Notes: a model not told the origin generated them from the sequence alone. A stretch of 64,000 nt of DNA from Callorhinchus milii (GCF_018977255.1 NW_024704743.1:97280001-97344000); one strand, 5' to 3'. Positions 13,730 through 27,487 are shown, numbered from the stretch's first letter. Program-made: numbers and translations.

Positions 13730-14000
13730 AAAATAATCCTCGCATTTGATATAACACCTTAATCACACCATAAAAGCATCTCAAAGTGCTTCACAGGATT
13801 TACTGTAAAGTGTAGTTACTATGTATTTTGTAGACAAGCCGGGAGCCAATTTATACAAGACCACTTTTATTTGGAGGGATTATTGGCCAGGACACCTGGA
13901 GAAACTCTCTTCTTTTTTTGAATAGCGCCATGGGATCTTTAACGTACAGCTGAACAGGCAGTGAGGACCTTAGTTTAACACCTCATCTGAAGAACAGCAT
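13730..14000 (-). mobile_element. Old Deu-domain SINE
   Basis: TTGGCCAGGACACC...GCCATGGGATCTTTAACGT...GTTTAACACCTCATCTGAAG. Confidence 0.75.
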
Positions 14001-14587
14001 TGCTCCTAACAAGGATTAGATAAGTTCAATATTTAATGAAAAACTCAATTGAAGGACACAAGATGGAATCAAGTAGACTATTTGTGTGGGGGAGGGGATT
14101 AATCTAGGATAAACAATGTTTTTTTTCAGTCCTGAGTTGAGCATTTACTTGGTGCAAAGCTCAATTTGATAAACCATTTACTAGATTTGTCAAATTGCAC
14201 ACTGTCCTGCAAGGTGGAACTCCTCACCAAGTGGAATGAGTGAAAGCTGCCCTGTATCAAGCTCTCTGATTTCAGTAGTGATGACCAACTCCAAGTGAAA
14301 CCACAAACGAGCAGTAACATGAGGCCAGTGGCTTAAATGCAGTCAAATGCTGAGCCACATTCATGTTTGGATATAACCTCAAGCTTGAAGGTCTCATCTC
14401 GCACTTCACCCACAAAATACAGTCAATACAGTTTACAATGTATTCCATGAAACGCTTTGAGGGGTCTCAATGATGCGATAAGGCCCTATTTCAAATACAA
14501 GGATTTAATAATTATTATCTCAACCCTGTGATGAGAACATAAATGCTCTGAGACCCTACCCCATGTGAAGGATGCTGTAGAAAATCA

Positions 14588-14908
14588 AATAATAAATAAT
14601 CCTTGCATTTGATATAGCGCTTTTCACATCGGGAGGACGTCCCAAAGCGCTTCACAGAACACACTGTAAAGTGAATTGACTGTATATTTGTGGGCGAACG
14701 CGGCAGCCAATTGCGCACAGCAATGTCCCACAAACAGTCGTAGATTGAAAATGACCAATTTATTATTATTTTTGGTTTTGGAGGGATTATTATTAGGCTC
14801 TGTGTGGAGTAAGGAAACTTGCCCAAGGTTTCGCCCTGACCTGCCTGGAATTGAACTCAGGTCTCTCGCTTGCAAAGCGAGTGCTCTAACCACTGAGCTA
14901 CAGGACTC
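14588..14908 (-). mobile_element. Young tRNA-derived SINE, short form, full length
   Basis: Nearly identical to the copies at 9682, 39536 and 43033. Confidence 0.93.
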
Positions 14909-14959
14909 TGTGTTATTCTTTATAATACACAGACAACTTAACTGCTTCTGAATTTGGTT

Positions 14960-15390
14960 TAATAATAATAATCTTTGCATTCGATATAACACCTATAAAT
15001 CACATTATCTCTTCAGAGTAGTTACTGTCAACTGCGGTGACACTGTATTTTTTGGAGAAATTGACAGCCAATATGCACAAAGCAATGACCCACAAACAGT
15101 AGCCAAAGGTGAATGAAAAAGTTAACTGAGGATTGGTGGCCAAGTCACCAGAAGAAACTGCCTTCTCTTTTTGAATAGTGGCACAGGTTCTTTCACACCC
15201 ATTTGAACAGATGGGCAGAACTTCAGTTTAACGTCTCATCCAAAAGACAACACGACCTCACAAAGCAATACTCCCCCAACATTGCACTGGAGTGTCAACC
15301 TAGAACGTGGGCTCACAGACTGCGAGTTCAACGTCCTATGTGGGGCTTGAATCCCCAACGTTCTAACCCAAAGTGCTACTGACAAAGCCA
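14960..15390 (-). mobile_element. Old Deu-domain SINE, near full length
   Basis: Tail, Deu core (GTTTAACGTCTCATCCAAAAGAC) and head (GGGGCTTGAATCCC) all visible. Confidence 0.72.
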
Positions 15391-16734
15391 GGGGCTATAT
15401 TGGTTGCTGACATAAAGAATTTTATGTGAAATGAATCAAAAGGCTTCCCATTTGTTGCAGAACACGATGATGTGTTACAAAAAGACCCAGTCTTACTTCC
15501 TACATTGTCTCATTCATCACCGATTCCAAAACATACAGTTTCTGGGCCACGCACTAACCAGCTAAAAAAATATTCTGGTAGCTCAAGTCTGGTTTTGATC
15601 AGCTACTCACATTTGGTGTGTGCTTCAGCTGTAAGCTGGGCCTTCACATCTTCATTGTGAATTCATTGTACAGCAATTTGATTGCAGAACCCAAATGAGA
15701 ACAAACCTCTTATGATTCTGCCAGGCTGCAGTAAAACCTGCATGTGGATCAGATGTGTTTTACGTACCTGTCTTCGAAGTGGAAAGTGGACTTGTGCAAA
15801 CATTGCAAAGCCTCTCTCTGTGTGCACTTGATTTCTAATGACATCACGGATGCCTGAGTGATTGCATGTATTACCAAGCATTTGTTTTACTACCAGTGGT
15901 CGTCTAAAGCAACAAGCCAGAATCAGCACCAGTTTATGTGAGCTACAAACTGCCAACTATTTCTTTCAAAGGAAAACTCTACCCTCTGGAACAAATACTG
16001 CAGACTGAACGTTCAAATTCAAACTGAAATACTTTCTTATTGTTAATAATAATAATAATCTTTACATTTGAAAAAGCAACTTTCACTTTGTGAGGGTATC
16101 TCAAAGAGCTTCATGAGAAATCATGCAGAGCACGCCTGCGTATTTTGTAGGTCAACCGCAGCAGCCACATTTGCACAGGGCAATATCCTCTTAACAGCCA
16201 AGAAGTGAATGACCATATTATCTGCGGGAAATTTTTGAGCAGGACACCTGGAGTATTAAAAAGTATGTCAAATAGTTCTGCCAAAATTTAAGAAACGAGA
16301 GAAACAGGTTCAGTGGGCTGAATGTTCCAAATTTCTGATTTGGAAATGCCATATTTGAAACACATTGTGTTTGTTTATGTCCGGGTGGGTGTGGCTGTAT
16401 GCGTTTTTGAAAACTATCTATAAGTAGATCCGACAGTCTGGAAAAGACAGGTCACTACCCATCAGTGACTGATGACCTTTGTTTACTCCTTTGGTGTACC
16501 GTACTCACTGGAAATCACTCCCCGACAATATCCGCTACACAGAAAAGTGTTAGATTTACTTAGATCCAAAATATTGCTCCCAGACAAGCTACCACCAGGA
16601 CACCACCATCTTGGTCATTTCTTCACTGCGGCTTAAATATTCAGAGCTACAGAGAATTGCTCCATCTAAGGTAACAGAAACATGTCCTTGTAAATACAAT
16701 AATGCTGCCATATAATATAACGTAATATAATAAA

Positions 16735-17006
16735 AGCGAGAGACCTGGGTTCGATTCCAGGCAGGGCAAAACTTTGGGCAAGTTTCCTTACTCCACACGC
16801 CTAATAACAATAATCCCTCCAAAACAAAACAATAATAAATAGGTCATTTTCAATCCACGACTGTTTGTGGGACACTGCTGTGCGCAATTGACTGCCGCGT
16901 TTCGCCCACAAATATACGGTCAATTCACTTTACAGTCTATTCTGTGAAGCGCTTTGAGACGTCGAGAAGACGTGAAAAGTGCTATATCAAAAAAATGCAA
17001 GGATTA
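16735..17006 (+). mobile_element. Young SINE, 5'-truncated
   Basis: B box GGTTCGATTCC, family body, tail loop GAGAA. Confidence 0.9.
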
Positions 17007-18369
17007 TATGATATACAGAGAACTAGTTGCTTTCTCTATTTTCCTGACGATCGATCTGATTTCCACTTGGCTTATACGTCATTTGAAAATGTTCCTCTTT
17101 CCTGGCCCATTCTGTACAAAACACACAGGGTTACACTGCCTTATAGTCAGTCTTCCCTCTGTTTCACCCTGATTTCTCTGCGGTGAACAAGGAATGGATT
17201 TCAACATTAACTATTTACTGACGATTCAGCTTCTAAATTGAAGCAGTCACATAGATGTAATGGCACACTCATTTGTGGGACTGACTTAAAACTGATGAGC
17301 AAACCAATGGAAATGTGATTTAAAATAAAAGCACCACATCAATGTTTTTAAAAATACCACTTCAAACACAAGACATTCATAGTCAGAATTATCACAGGCA
17401 AATCACATCTCCAATAAGTGCCACTCAAACCCCTCTTTAACTATTTGATGTGTTTGGAGGTCAACACTCCTCTCCACTCCCTTCCCTTTCCTTTGGCGCA
17501 ATTAAACCACTGTGCTGGGTCAATTAAGGGGAGAGGTAATCACTCTCAAACCTGTCATATCAGGCCAATCCTATTGTGAGATAGTGCTTTGGATCCAAAA
17601 TTAGATACCATGTTACAGCGGGTCGGCAAACAAAAAAAATTGCTTTTATATAACACAGGTGTAGCGTCTTGGGGCACTACCCACATGAAGGCTCAGAGCA
17701 CCCCACCGTTTTCATGGTTCCAAATTTCGCAATTGTCACTTGAAAGATAAATAGCAATCCCTGCATTTGATATAGTGCCTTTCATGTTGGGAGGATGACT
17801 CAAAGCGCTTCACAGGATAGACTATCAAGGGTATATTGGGTAAAGTGCACTGTGCATATTGTAGATGAACATAGTAATCAATTTGTGCAGAATAATGTCC
17901 CACAAACAGCCATGAAGTGAATGACCAATATTAAGATCCACGAGTTAAGGTAAAAAGAAAAAGCATTCAAGCACAGTCTTTAACACATTGAGCCCCAATC
18001 TTTCATTACAAGTTTCTAGTCACAATTTTGATTGGATCACTTGTGATGCTGCAATTAGCTCGCTCACCTTGTTGGGGAATTGTGTGAGTAAGTAAACTTT
18101 CTGGAGGAGTTGAGGGGAGCCTGCTGTGGTGAGCTACTGTTACCCTTTCTTGCTCTGGGGGAAGATGGTTTGACTGCGCTCTTCTTTAATACAAAGTCAT
18201 CTTTTATGATGCAGTTCTATTATAAACATGTTACATATAGGTAATGGTGTAACAAACAATATTTGTCAACACATGAAATTCAGGGTCTAATCTTGCCATG
18301 ACTATGATGCATTTACAGATGAGTGGGGAGAAATTTCACCTGGGTTTAGTCAGTTTACGTTAAATTGTT

Positions 18370-18637
18370 TCTAGGTCCCATCAACTTGGGTCAGGTGGAC
18401 GGTAAAGATCCTATGGCACTATTGAAAAAGAGAAGGGAGATTCTCCTGGTGTCCTGGTCAATAATCCCCCAAATAAACATTGGTCAGTCACTTCATGCTT
18501 TTTTGTGGGGCATTGCTGGCTGCCACATTCCCCTACAAAATACAGTCACTACACTTTCTAGTATATCCTGTGAAGCGCTTTGAGACATCTTCCCGACGTG
18601 AAAAGGTGCAATATCAAACGCACAGATTATTATTATT
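18370..18637 (+). mobile_element. Old Deu-domain SINE 3' half
   Basis: CAGGTGGACGGTAAAGATCCTATGGCACTATTG...GGTGTCCTGGTCAA; (ATT)n tail. Confidence 0.75.
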
Positions 18638-20986
18638 CTTTACTTCACTCATGTGACACTTTAGCCATCCAAAATTTTGCTAATTCTTAAATGCAGCCTC
18701 AATTCTGAAGCAGGTTTTAGATCTGAAATAAAAAAAGCTAAGATTAAAAACCATAATTTAGGAAATTCTGAGCGCTCTAATATGCAACGTTAACAAAGTA
18801 AATTTAGACCCAGGTGGAATTTCTTCCAAATCATGTCTCGTCTCGCTGTGTCCCTTTAAATCCCAAGTTCTTCAAAAGTAAGCGCTGAATCTTCAAGCAG
18901 AAACATTATTCAAATACTAACCATCTTATCTGTACATGCTAAGAATAACAAACCACAGTCCTTGAAGTGTTAAGGTAATGAAGCTGAGGTGACCAGTAAC
19001 TGGTGCAGCTATAAAAATTCCCTATTTACTCGGTGATTCAATAATTTCCCTTGTTGTGTGGAGAGATGTAAGCAAACATTCCAATGTATTATGTAAATAC
19101 GTACAATCCTTTTAAACACTCTGTGCAGCGCTGTCCACTTCAGCTGTTATAGTTAAGACTGTTTTTTTTAAACCAGTTTCCTGCACTGGCAGTAATCCAA
19201 TCTGAACACATGACTTAATATCCTCCTCACAGAAAACAAAGCCACTATTCACAAAGACTTGTTTTGATCACTGATAAAAAGGATTCTCTGAAATGGCTTA
19301 CACAACCAGACCAGTATAAATAAAATCTGCATTGCACATTCACTTTTTGGAACAACCAAAACATACACACAATTGCAAATGAACATTTTTTGTACTTGGA
19401 TTTTCACTGAGTTTCTTCGTTATATCCTTTCGTGGCTGTCTATGCTTTGAGCTATTTCCTGTGGTTGTAAGCTCACAATTTATCACTGTAGTCAGCATTG
19501 TGTCTGGTGCCATACTATATAATATTCCTACAGTCAGTTCCTAGCCTGAAATATTGACTTGAGACGGGTCAGAATAAGACTAGTTTAGACAGTAAAACTG
19601 TGACCTGTTAACTGATAAGTGTGTGTAGCCTGAATGGATGCTTGCAATTATATTGGTATAAAACGTAGAGGCGTTGTTACCGAAGTGTCAAAATCCTGAC
19701 ACAATGCACAGGAACCAGAGTGCTGACACAGAGCTTACCAGGACACGCTGTCATTACAAGTTCAAAAGATACAGGTTCCGTTTTCAGAATGTTGTCTAGT
19801 GAAAAATTGGGAGCTCCCAGACTCAATGGCGTTGAGGGATGTGTTTCACAAGAACTTTGTTACACCTTTTATTGTACAATGGTGCAAAATTAAACACTTA
19901 GCAGGAATACGTTCCTACAACAGAAGAAGTGCAGATCTGAATTATGGTCAGACAAAAAAGACATTGTACTAGACAAAATTAGATTAATGTAATATGGCGA
20001 GAGAGTCCAGAGTGAAATCTCACTATTAATGGAGTCTAATGAATAGTATTTTCTAAAGCAATTCCAATCTAACCCCATTCATAGCTGTTTGTGGGATGCA
20101 ACTGTGTACAAATTGGCTGTTATGTTTCCCTACAAAATAGAGTCACTGCACACTTTACAGCAAATTATGTGAAATGGTTTAAGACATCTCCCTGATGTGA
20201 AATGTGCTATATCAAATGCAAAGATTATAATATATTTTCATTCCCATGGGCAGTCAATTGAAATTCTAATAGGATGAAGAAATCCCACAAATTAGACACA
20301 TTATATGGCATGGCACAGGTCATGTAGGTCCGAGACCATATCCTGTGTGAAGGGCACTATATAAATTCACCTTTATGTGGTTTCAGTTAAAGATGGCAGA
20401 AGATTTCTACTTTGTAATCTAATCTGAGCTTTGTGAATGAATAAGTTTGGGTTTACACTTCCCTACTCAGGAAGGAAGTGCTCAAAGCTAGGTAGATCTG
20501 TGTAACTGAGAAGGATTCCACCTTACTCTCTTGCAAGGGACAAAACCTGTGTTAAAACGTGAATCGGTTTGCAAGAACCACACATTCTGCTGAGAGAGTA
20601 AGGACCCTAAATCAATACGGTGAGATGCACTACAGATGATTGGAATTGTTTAGGCTAGCCTACTGCAAAGTGTGGTAAACAGACAATTTCTATTTATCCA
20701 GTTTTAACAGCAACAAATTCACATCTTATCAACAGCCATCAGAACTGGCCATGTGATAAACAGTAAAATTCACATCTTAAAGCTGTATTATTGCTCCTCC
20801 TCATCCAGGACCATGGACGGACGCTTTCTTTTTCTTATACAGTTTCCCTCATGTTAATGTTGTTCTAATATTGGACTGGTTGATACCGAAACTAGACACA
20901 CAGACTTACCAAACTCTTTACGTAGTACAAAAAACAAATTGAACCTGGATAAAAAGTTTCCATGTGGTGTATATGTACCTACAAGA

Positions 20987-21722
20987 GTCCTTTCTCCCTC
21001 ACATCCGCACCACAACTGGCACCGCCTTCCATCACCTCCGGAACATCGCCAGACTACGCCATTACCTCACCCCTCACGCTGCTGAAACCCTGGTCCACGC
21101 CTTTGTCACCTCAAGGCTGGACTACGGGAACTCTCTCCTCGCCGGCCTTCCCGCCACCTCCCTCCACAAGCTGCAGGTCATTCAGAACTCTGCAGCTCGT
21201 GTACTGTCCCGCACCAGGCTTCGGGACCACACCACCCCCACCCTCGCTCGCCTCCACTGGCTCCCCATCCCCCAGAGGATCGATTTCAAGATCATCATCC
21301 TCACCTACAAGGCCATTCACGGCCTTTCTCCCTCCTACCTCTCCAACCTACTATCCCCCTACCTACCTGCCCGTACCCTCCGTTCTCTGGCTCCGGTCTG
21401 CTCCACGTCCCCCGCCCCAACCGCCCTACCATCGGTGGTCGGGCCTTCAGCCTCTCAGCCCCGAGGCTCTGGAACTCTATCCCCCGTGCCTTCGCCGCTC
21501 CTCCCTTTCCTCCTTCAAGGCCGGTCTCAAAACCGTTCTCTTTGACCGTGCCTTCAGCTCCCCTCTCGACTCTCTTCCCCCTCCTCGCTCCCTCCCTTCC
21601 CTCCCCTCACCCTGACCATTTCCCCCCTGCTCAGGTTCATGACCCAACTGTGCAGCGCCTTGGGACGTCCTCCTGACGTGAAAGGCGCTTTATAAATGGA
21701 ATCTTGTTGTTGTTGTTGTTGT
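20987..21722 (+). mobile_element. Young 5'-truncated L2 LINE (ORF2 C-terminus and 3' UTR)
   Basis: [58 protein letters not shown]; tail stem-loop and (TTG)n. Confidence 0.93.
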
Positions 21723-21894
21723 ATTACTGGACCATGGTTTGCCACTAATGGACATGATGCCCCCCCCCCCCCCCCCCGAGGAAGGTTATTCGAGGAGTAC
21801 GGGGGGAATTCCCCCTGAGCTGACAAATCATTCATAACATAAACCTTATCCAGCTTTGTAAATATCCATGGGGTGGTGGGGGGGCGGGATAAGT

Positions 21895-22260
21895 TTGTCC
21901 GCAGTACCCCAAGGCCGGCCAGCCAGCCTGACTCATTGGCAGGACTTGGAAGAGCAGATCATTCACTGGAGCAGGGATTCTTCCCATTCCGCCCCTGTTA
22001 AACCCTGCAAGCCAAAGCCATAATGAGTAGGGTGATGCTAACTGGACAAGGAGCGGGAAGCTTGCTGGTCAATGTGTTCTAAAAGATAAGCTGTGCAGTT
22101 CTAGCTTATTAATCTCCAGCAATAGCCCTACACACTGTGGACCTTGGCTCTTGCCAACCTGCGCCTATTTTCTGGGACTAACATTTATCTTGCCTCCAGA
22201 GTGACAGGACATTTAGGATGAATGGAAATGGAAATTTCTGTGTGGAACTCCCAGTAGTTT
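21895..22260 (+). repeat. Unidentified old interspersed repeat (family X), copy 1
   Basis: Shares CAGGACTTGGAAG, CCCTGCAAGCCAAAGC, GTAGGGTG, GAAGCTTG and TCTTGC(C/T)AACCTG with 43600-44030. Confidence 0.7.
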
Positions 22261-22949
22261 AGTTTGAATACGCTTAACGCACAGAAATGGGTTTGCATGT
22301 CTGTCAGATATTTGGCTGACCAAAAATATTTAAAATCTTGTAAACCATGTGCCTGCCTCACTGTGCCAAATGGCACAGCAAAGGGTGATGCGCAATCCAA
22401 TGACAGGAAGAGAACTTGTGGAAGAATCACTAGGAGTGACAGATGACACTGCTTTATAAAAAAGGAAAGGAGGGTTCCATTCATCATAGAAATAAAGAGT
22501 CAAGAGTGAGTTCCAGGATGTTAACAGGTAACAGTTCAGGTGACATTCACAAACCTACTCAAGCTGAATTCCCAAAACTTTAAACTCCTCAAGTACAATT
22601 TGACCAAACACAGAATCAAACAATAGTTATTCTCTATATGATTCACTGACCGAGTAAAGCTAATATTACAAAATCTTCAGGTCACAATGTCCTAATCACC
22701 CTCTATTGCCTTTAACAGCATTGCCTCAACCACAAATTATTGAACCATAGAAATCTACAACATAAAAGGGATAATTCACCCCATTGTATTAGTGTCAGTG
22801 TTTAGCTCATCCAATGAAGTCATCTATCCCAATTCCCTGCTCTTCCACTGTAAGCCTATTCTGAATGTCTATTTGAAGATTATAGCAAATGCAAACATTG
22901 AATTCAAGATTGCAATTCAATTGTGGGTTTCTGATGACAGTCTTCTTAA

Positions 22950-24870
22950 CGGTCCACCGGCAGATCTGGCTGGGCCACATCAAAACTTACCACTCCACCC
23001 TCACCTCCGCTAAATCATCCTTCTATTCCAAGATAATTTTGGAGGCCAAGGACAACCTCAGGCTCCTCTACTTGACCACAGATCGGCTCCCCGTCCACCT
23101 TCTCACGCCTCACCCATTCTCTCCTCCAATTCCAACTGTGAGGAGATGCTGGATTTCCTCGAGACCAAAATCGAGGGAATCTGTTCAGCTGTTTCCGCCA
23201 TCTCAAACACCACCCCCTCCCCATCACTCCCTCACACTCCGGCCCTTACCCATCCCTCCCTCCACACCTTCGAACCTGTCTCCAGCTCCTTTCACCACCA
23301 CGATTACCAAATGAAACCCACCACCAGCTCCCTCAATCCGATCCCTACTTCTCTCCTTACCTCCCAGGTCCACCTCCTTGCCCCTTTACCCTTGGACGTC
23401 CTCAACCTCTCCCTGGCAACATTCCCACCCCCCTAAAAACAGTTGTCATCACCTTTATCCTAAAAAGGCCTTCCCTGGACCCATCCCTGCTCACTAACTA
23501 CTGCCCCATCTCCAACCTTGCTTTCCTTTCCAAGGTCCTTGAAGGAGTCGTTGCTTCCCAGCTTCATTCCTTCCTATCCTGCCACTCCCTTTACTAACTT
23601 CTCCAATTGGGTTTCTGTGCTGCCCACAGCACGCAAACTGCTCTGGTCAAGGTGACAAATGACATTATGTCCATCTGTGACCAAGGCTCCCTCTGTATCC
23701 TCATTCTCCTTGACCTCTCTGCTGCCTTTGACATCTTTGAACACTCTATCCTGATCCACCACCTCTCCTCTCACCTCAACCTTCAAGATTCTGTCCTTGA
23801 ATGGTTCAGATCCTATCTCTCACACCGGATCCACTTTGTCTCCACAAATGGCTCCTCCTCCAGCCCCCGCACCTTCTCGTGCTGTGTCCCTCAGAACTCT
23901 GTCCTTGATCCTCTCCTCTTCAACCTGTACATGCTCCCTCTTGGGAGACATGATTCGCAGATATTGGGTCAACTTACACATGTTTGCGAATGAAACCCAA
24001 ACATCAAGTCTTGGATGAGAGCCAACTTTCTAGAGTGAACATCAGCAAGATCGAAGCTCTTCTGAATGGCTCGCGCCAGCACCTCCACACCTCAGGCACT
24101 CTCAGTAGCAGCATCCACGGATGCACACTCCACTTCACCGAGCCAGTCAGAAAACTTGCTTGCCCTTAACTGTCATCTTGTTTACCCCTTAACTGTCCTT
24201 TCTTCTCCACATCCGTGCTATGACCCGCTCTGCATTTCCCCACCTCCGCAACATTGCCTCACTCCACCACTGCCTCTGCCTCACCCCTCAGGCTGCTGAA
24301 ACCCTCATACATGCTTTCATTACATCCAGGCTCGACTATGCCAACTTCCTGCCTCTCGGCCTTCCCACCCTTCCCTCAAGCGGTAGATCATCCAGAACTC
24401 TGCAGCTCATGTCCTCTCCAGGCTCCGTCACACCTACCCTCGCCCGGCTCCACTGACTCCCCATCCCTCAGAGGATTGAGTTCAAAATCCTCGTCCTCAC
24501 CTTCAAGGCCCTATACGGCCTTGCCCCCTCCTACTTCTCTGACCTGCTAACCCTTTATCAACCTATCCACTCCTTCCGCTCAGCAGGTTCTGGCCTGCTC
24601 CTTGTTCCCCATCACCATCAGCAGTTGGGCCTTCAGCCTCTTTGCCCCCACCCTCTGGAGCTCCATCCCACATTCCCTTCGGCTCACTCCCTCCCTTGCC
24701 TCCTTCAAGGCATGCCTCAAGACCCTTTTCTTCGACTGTGCCTTCAACCACCCTCCTATCCTCTCTGCCCTCCACCTTTGGCTCCCTAAATCCCCCCCCG
24801 TCCTAATCCCTGACTCTTTGGGACGTTCTCCCGACGTGTAAAGGCGTTTGCAAATGTAATTTTTTATTGT
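22950..24870 (+). mobile_element. Degenerate L2 LINE, about 1.9 kb, with RT domain remnants
   Basis: CPISNLAFLSKVLE, HSTQTALVKVTND, LILLDLSAAFD, VPQNSVLDPLLF and SRLDYAN motifs, with frameshifts. Confidence 0.9.
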
Positions 24871-24932
24871 ATCTTAAATTTTGGATATCAGGAAATTAAC
24901 AAATTTCTCTCAAGTAAACCATAGTTTTGAAA

Positions 24933-25255
24933 TGGACTGGACAATAATTCAGTCACTGTACTCTTCTTTCTCCTCTGGGACCTTGGTTTGGATCCAGCCC
25001 AAACAAATACGAAAGCCTCTTGTTTCTATTGGCTACAAGGGTGCTATCTGATATGGGTTTGGCCAGCTTCCCTCAGTTCCTGGTGCTTGTGGACCAATAG
25101 CATAAACCTGCCCTCAAACTCGCTCAGAGATTGTAACAATGGCTGGTCCAGAAAGTGGAGTTCACAGTGGTGTAGCAGGTGCTCTCTGAGGTTAGGGTTT
25201 AAACACATTGTTAGGTCAGAGCAGTTAGAGCTTTGCTTAAAATCTGTCCCCTATA
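24933..25255 (+). mobile_element. LF-SINE-like relic
   Basis: CTTTCTCCTCTGGGACCTTGGTTTGGATCCAGCCC, CAGTTCCTGGTG and GGGTTTAAACACATTGTTAGGTCAG align in order with remembered LF-SINE blocks. Confidence 0.55.
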
Positions 25256-25705
25256 TCCAATCAGACAATGCTTTAATACTGACGAAAACTGAAATGAATG
25301 CTCTATTTGTTAACACTAACCTTAATGTGCACAAATATTCACCAGAAGATAAATTTAGAAAAAATTAACATTTTGCAACTTAATGCGAGCAATCCTCATT
25401 CCTACCATAATCCTCGTAATCCCTAAATTTATATGGAGAAAGGAGGTTTTACGAGCCTTCATTATGTCTCTTGATGCTATAGAAGCTTGATAATCTGTTA
25501 TCATAACTACAGTACAGGTGAACCATCTTAGTTCTTAATGTAAGCTTCAAGCCATCTTCATCTGTCTTTTAATCACACTATAAAGGTTGCACATAATTGG
25601 TGGTAAATATGCTTAGTGCATCACAAACCTTAGATGGATACTGGATTGCAGATCAGTGACGGGTCAAAGTACTTTTTCGAGGCGAGGGTTTAGCAGACAA
25701 TCAGA

Positions 25706-25840
25706 GGCCCAGAATTCTACTAGTTTCAGCCTGGAACCTGAAAGTCTACCTTGAAACTTAAAACTGAATTTAACAATTCTACACAAACTCACAATAGTCA
25801 AATTGGTTTTACACACTAAGAGGAGACGGAATTTTGGACC
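25706..25840. mobile_element. MITE-like element with imperfect terminal inverted repeats (TIRs)
   Basis: GGCCCAGAATTC ... GGAATTTTGGACC. Confidence 0.45.
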
Positions 25841-26202
25841 AATGGGCTCTGCCTTGTGGATGCTTATTAGCAGACTGGTTACTGAACAACGGTGTCATTA
25901 TGGTGCACATTATATCAGGGCCAACATCAACAATTTACATTTATATAGCACCTTTCACTTGAGAGGACATCTCAAAGCTCTTAATGGAACCTCTCCACTG
26001 GAAAATGAACACTCTGGCATGTTATGAAGGGAGAATCTAGGAATAAAATACATTGAAAACCCATCACAAAATAGTTGTCGTAACAAAACAATATACATTG
26101 TTACAGTTACTTTTTGCCCCCCCATCTCCTTGAATTTTGCACCTCAGTCCATCCACCAAGCCATTGCAGCTCAGCAGAAAGAACAGGGAAGTGAAAGCTC
26201 CA

Positions 26203-26680
26203 AATTCCCAGGCAGGGAGAAACCTTGGGCAAGTTTCCTTACTCCACATGCTTCTGTTTACCTAGCAGTAAGTAGGAACCCGGTTGTTAGTCAATTGGCA
26301 GATCGCTTTTATGGGGGTATTAAACCCTCCCTCCCCCCAATATTTTTTGGGTGGGATTGTGGATTGGTCACTCAATCCACAACTGGTTGTGGGACACTGC
26401 TGTGCGCAATTGGCTGCCGCAATTCGCAAACAAAATACACAATAAATCCACTTTACAATATATAATAATAATCCTTGCATTTGATATAGCGCCTTATCAC
26501 GACTTCAAGACATCTCAAAGCACTTCACAGAATATACTGTAAAGTGAATTGACTATATTTTTGTGGGTGAAACACCATATACGTATATGTAAGAATATAT
26601 CTTTGAAACGCTTTGAGACGTCTCAACAATGTGCTAAGGCACTACATCAATGCAAGGATTATTTATGATTATTATTATTA
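26203..26680 (+). mobile_element. Long-form SINE containing an inverted SINE tail (26462-26575)
   Basis: The plus copy breaks after CTTTACAATA and resumes at TGAAACGCTTTGAG; the insert is a reverse-strand tail of the same family. Confidence 0.8.
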
Positions 26681-27069
26681 ATAAACTCTCCATGACTACA
26701 GCCAGCACTACTGTTAAAACACTCAGCTGCTAAAAGAGTGTATTTCCAGGGCAGTGAGACAGACAATGCCACTTCCTTCTTCTCTTTGAGCTACAATATC
26801 AAATACAAGCATTATTATTATTATTAGAATACTCCACCAAGCAATGCATACTATTTAGTGGCTTAGATGAGAAATGGCATAATTCATACCAAACTATGGG
26901 AAGCAAATGAAAGCAATGTCCTACTCTGGGAGTATTTAGGTGGGAAACCGAATTATAATCAATATATATATATGAGATTTTGCGTTTTTTCTTTGACTAA
27001 TAAGGTCGATATCTGGCTTATTCTCACATGACAAGGTTCGCCATTTTAACTTTGATCATTTACGGCATC

Positions 27070-27487
27070 CAAGTCGGCTTGGTCAAATTCTTGCCTCCTG
27101 AGTCAAAAGGTTGTGGGTTCAAGCCACTTTGAGTTCACGGTCCATTTGAGCTGACATTCCATCACAGTGCTGGGGGAGCAAGCGTTATTAGATGTGTCCA
27201 CATTTGGATGAGATGTTTGTCTGAGGACCTGTCTGCCTTGCCACGTGAGTGTTAAAGATTATATAACACAATTCGAAAAGAAGGAATCTTCTCCCAGTGT
27301 CCTGGTCAATAATCCTCTAGATAAATTGATCATTTACTTGATCACTGCATGCAGGATATTGTGTGCAAACTGACCTCTTCACTTGCCTACAAACATACAG
27401 TCACTGTACCTGACAGCAATTACCCATGAAACTCGTTGAGGCATTTCAACATTTTAGGTGCTATATCAAATATAAGGATTACTATTA
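27070..27487 (+). mobile_element. Old Deu-domain SINE, near full length
   Basis: TCTTGCCTCCTGAGTCAAAAGGTTGTGGGTTCAAG head; GGATGAGATG...GTTAAAGAT...GTCCTGGTCAA core; tail. Confidence 0.75.
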
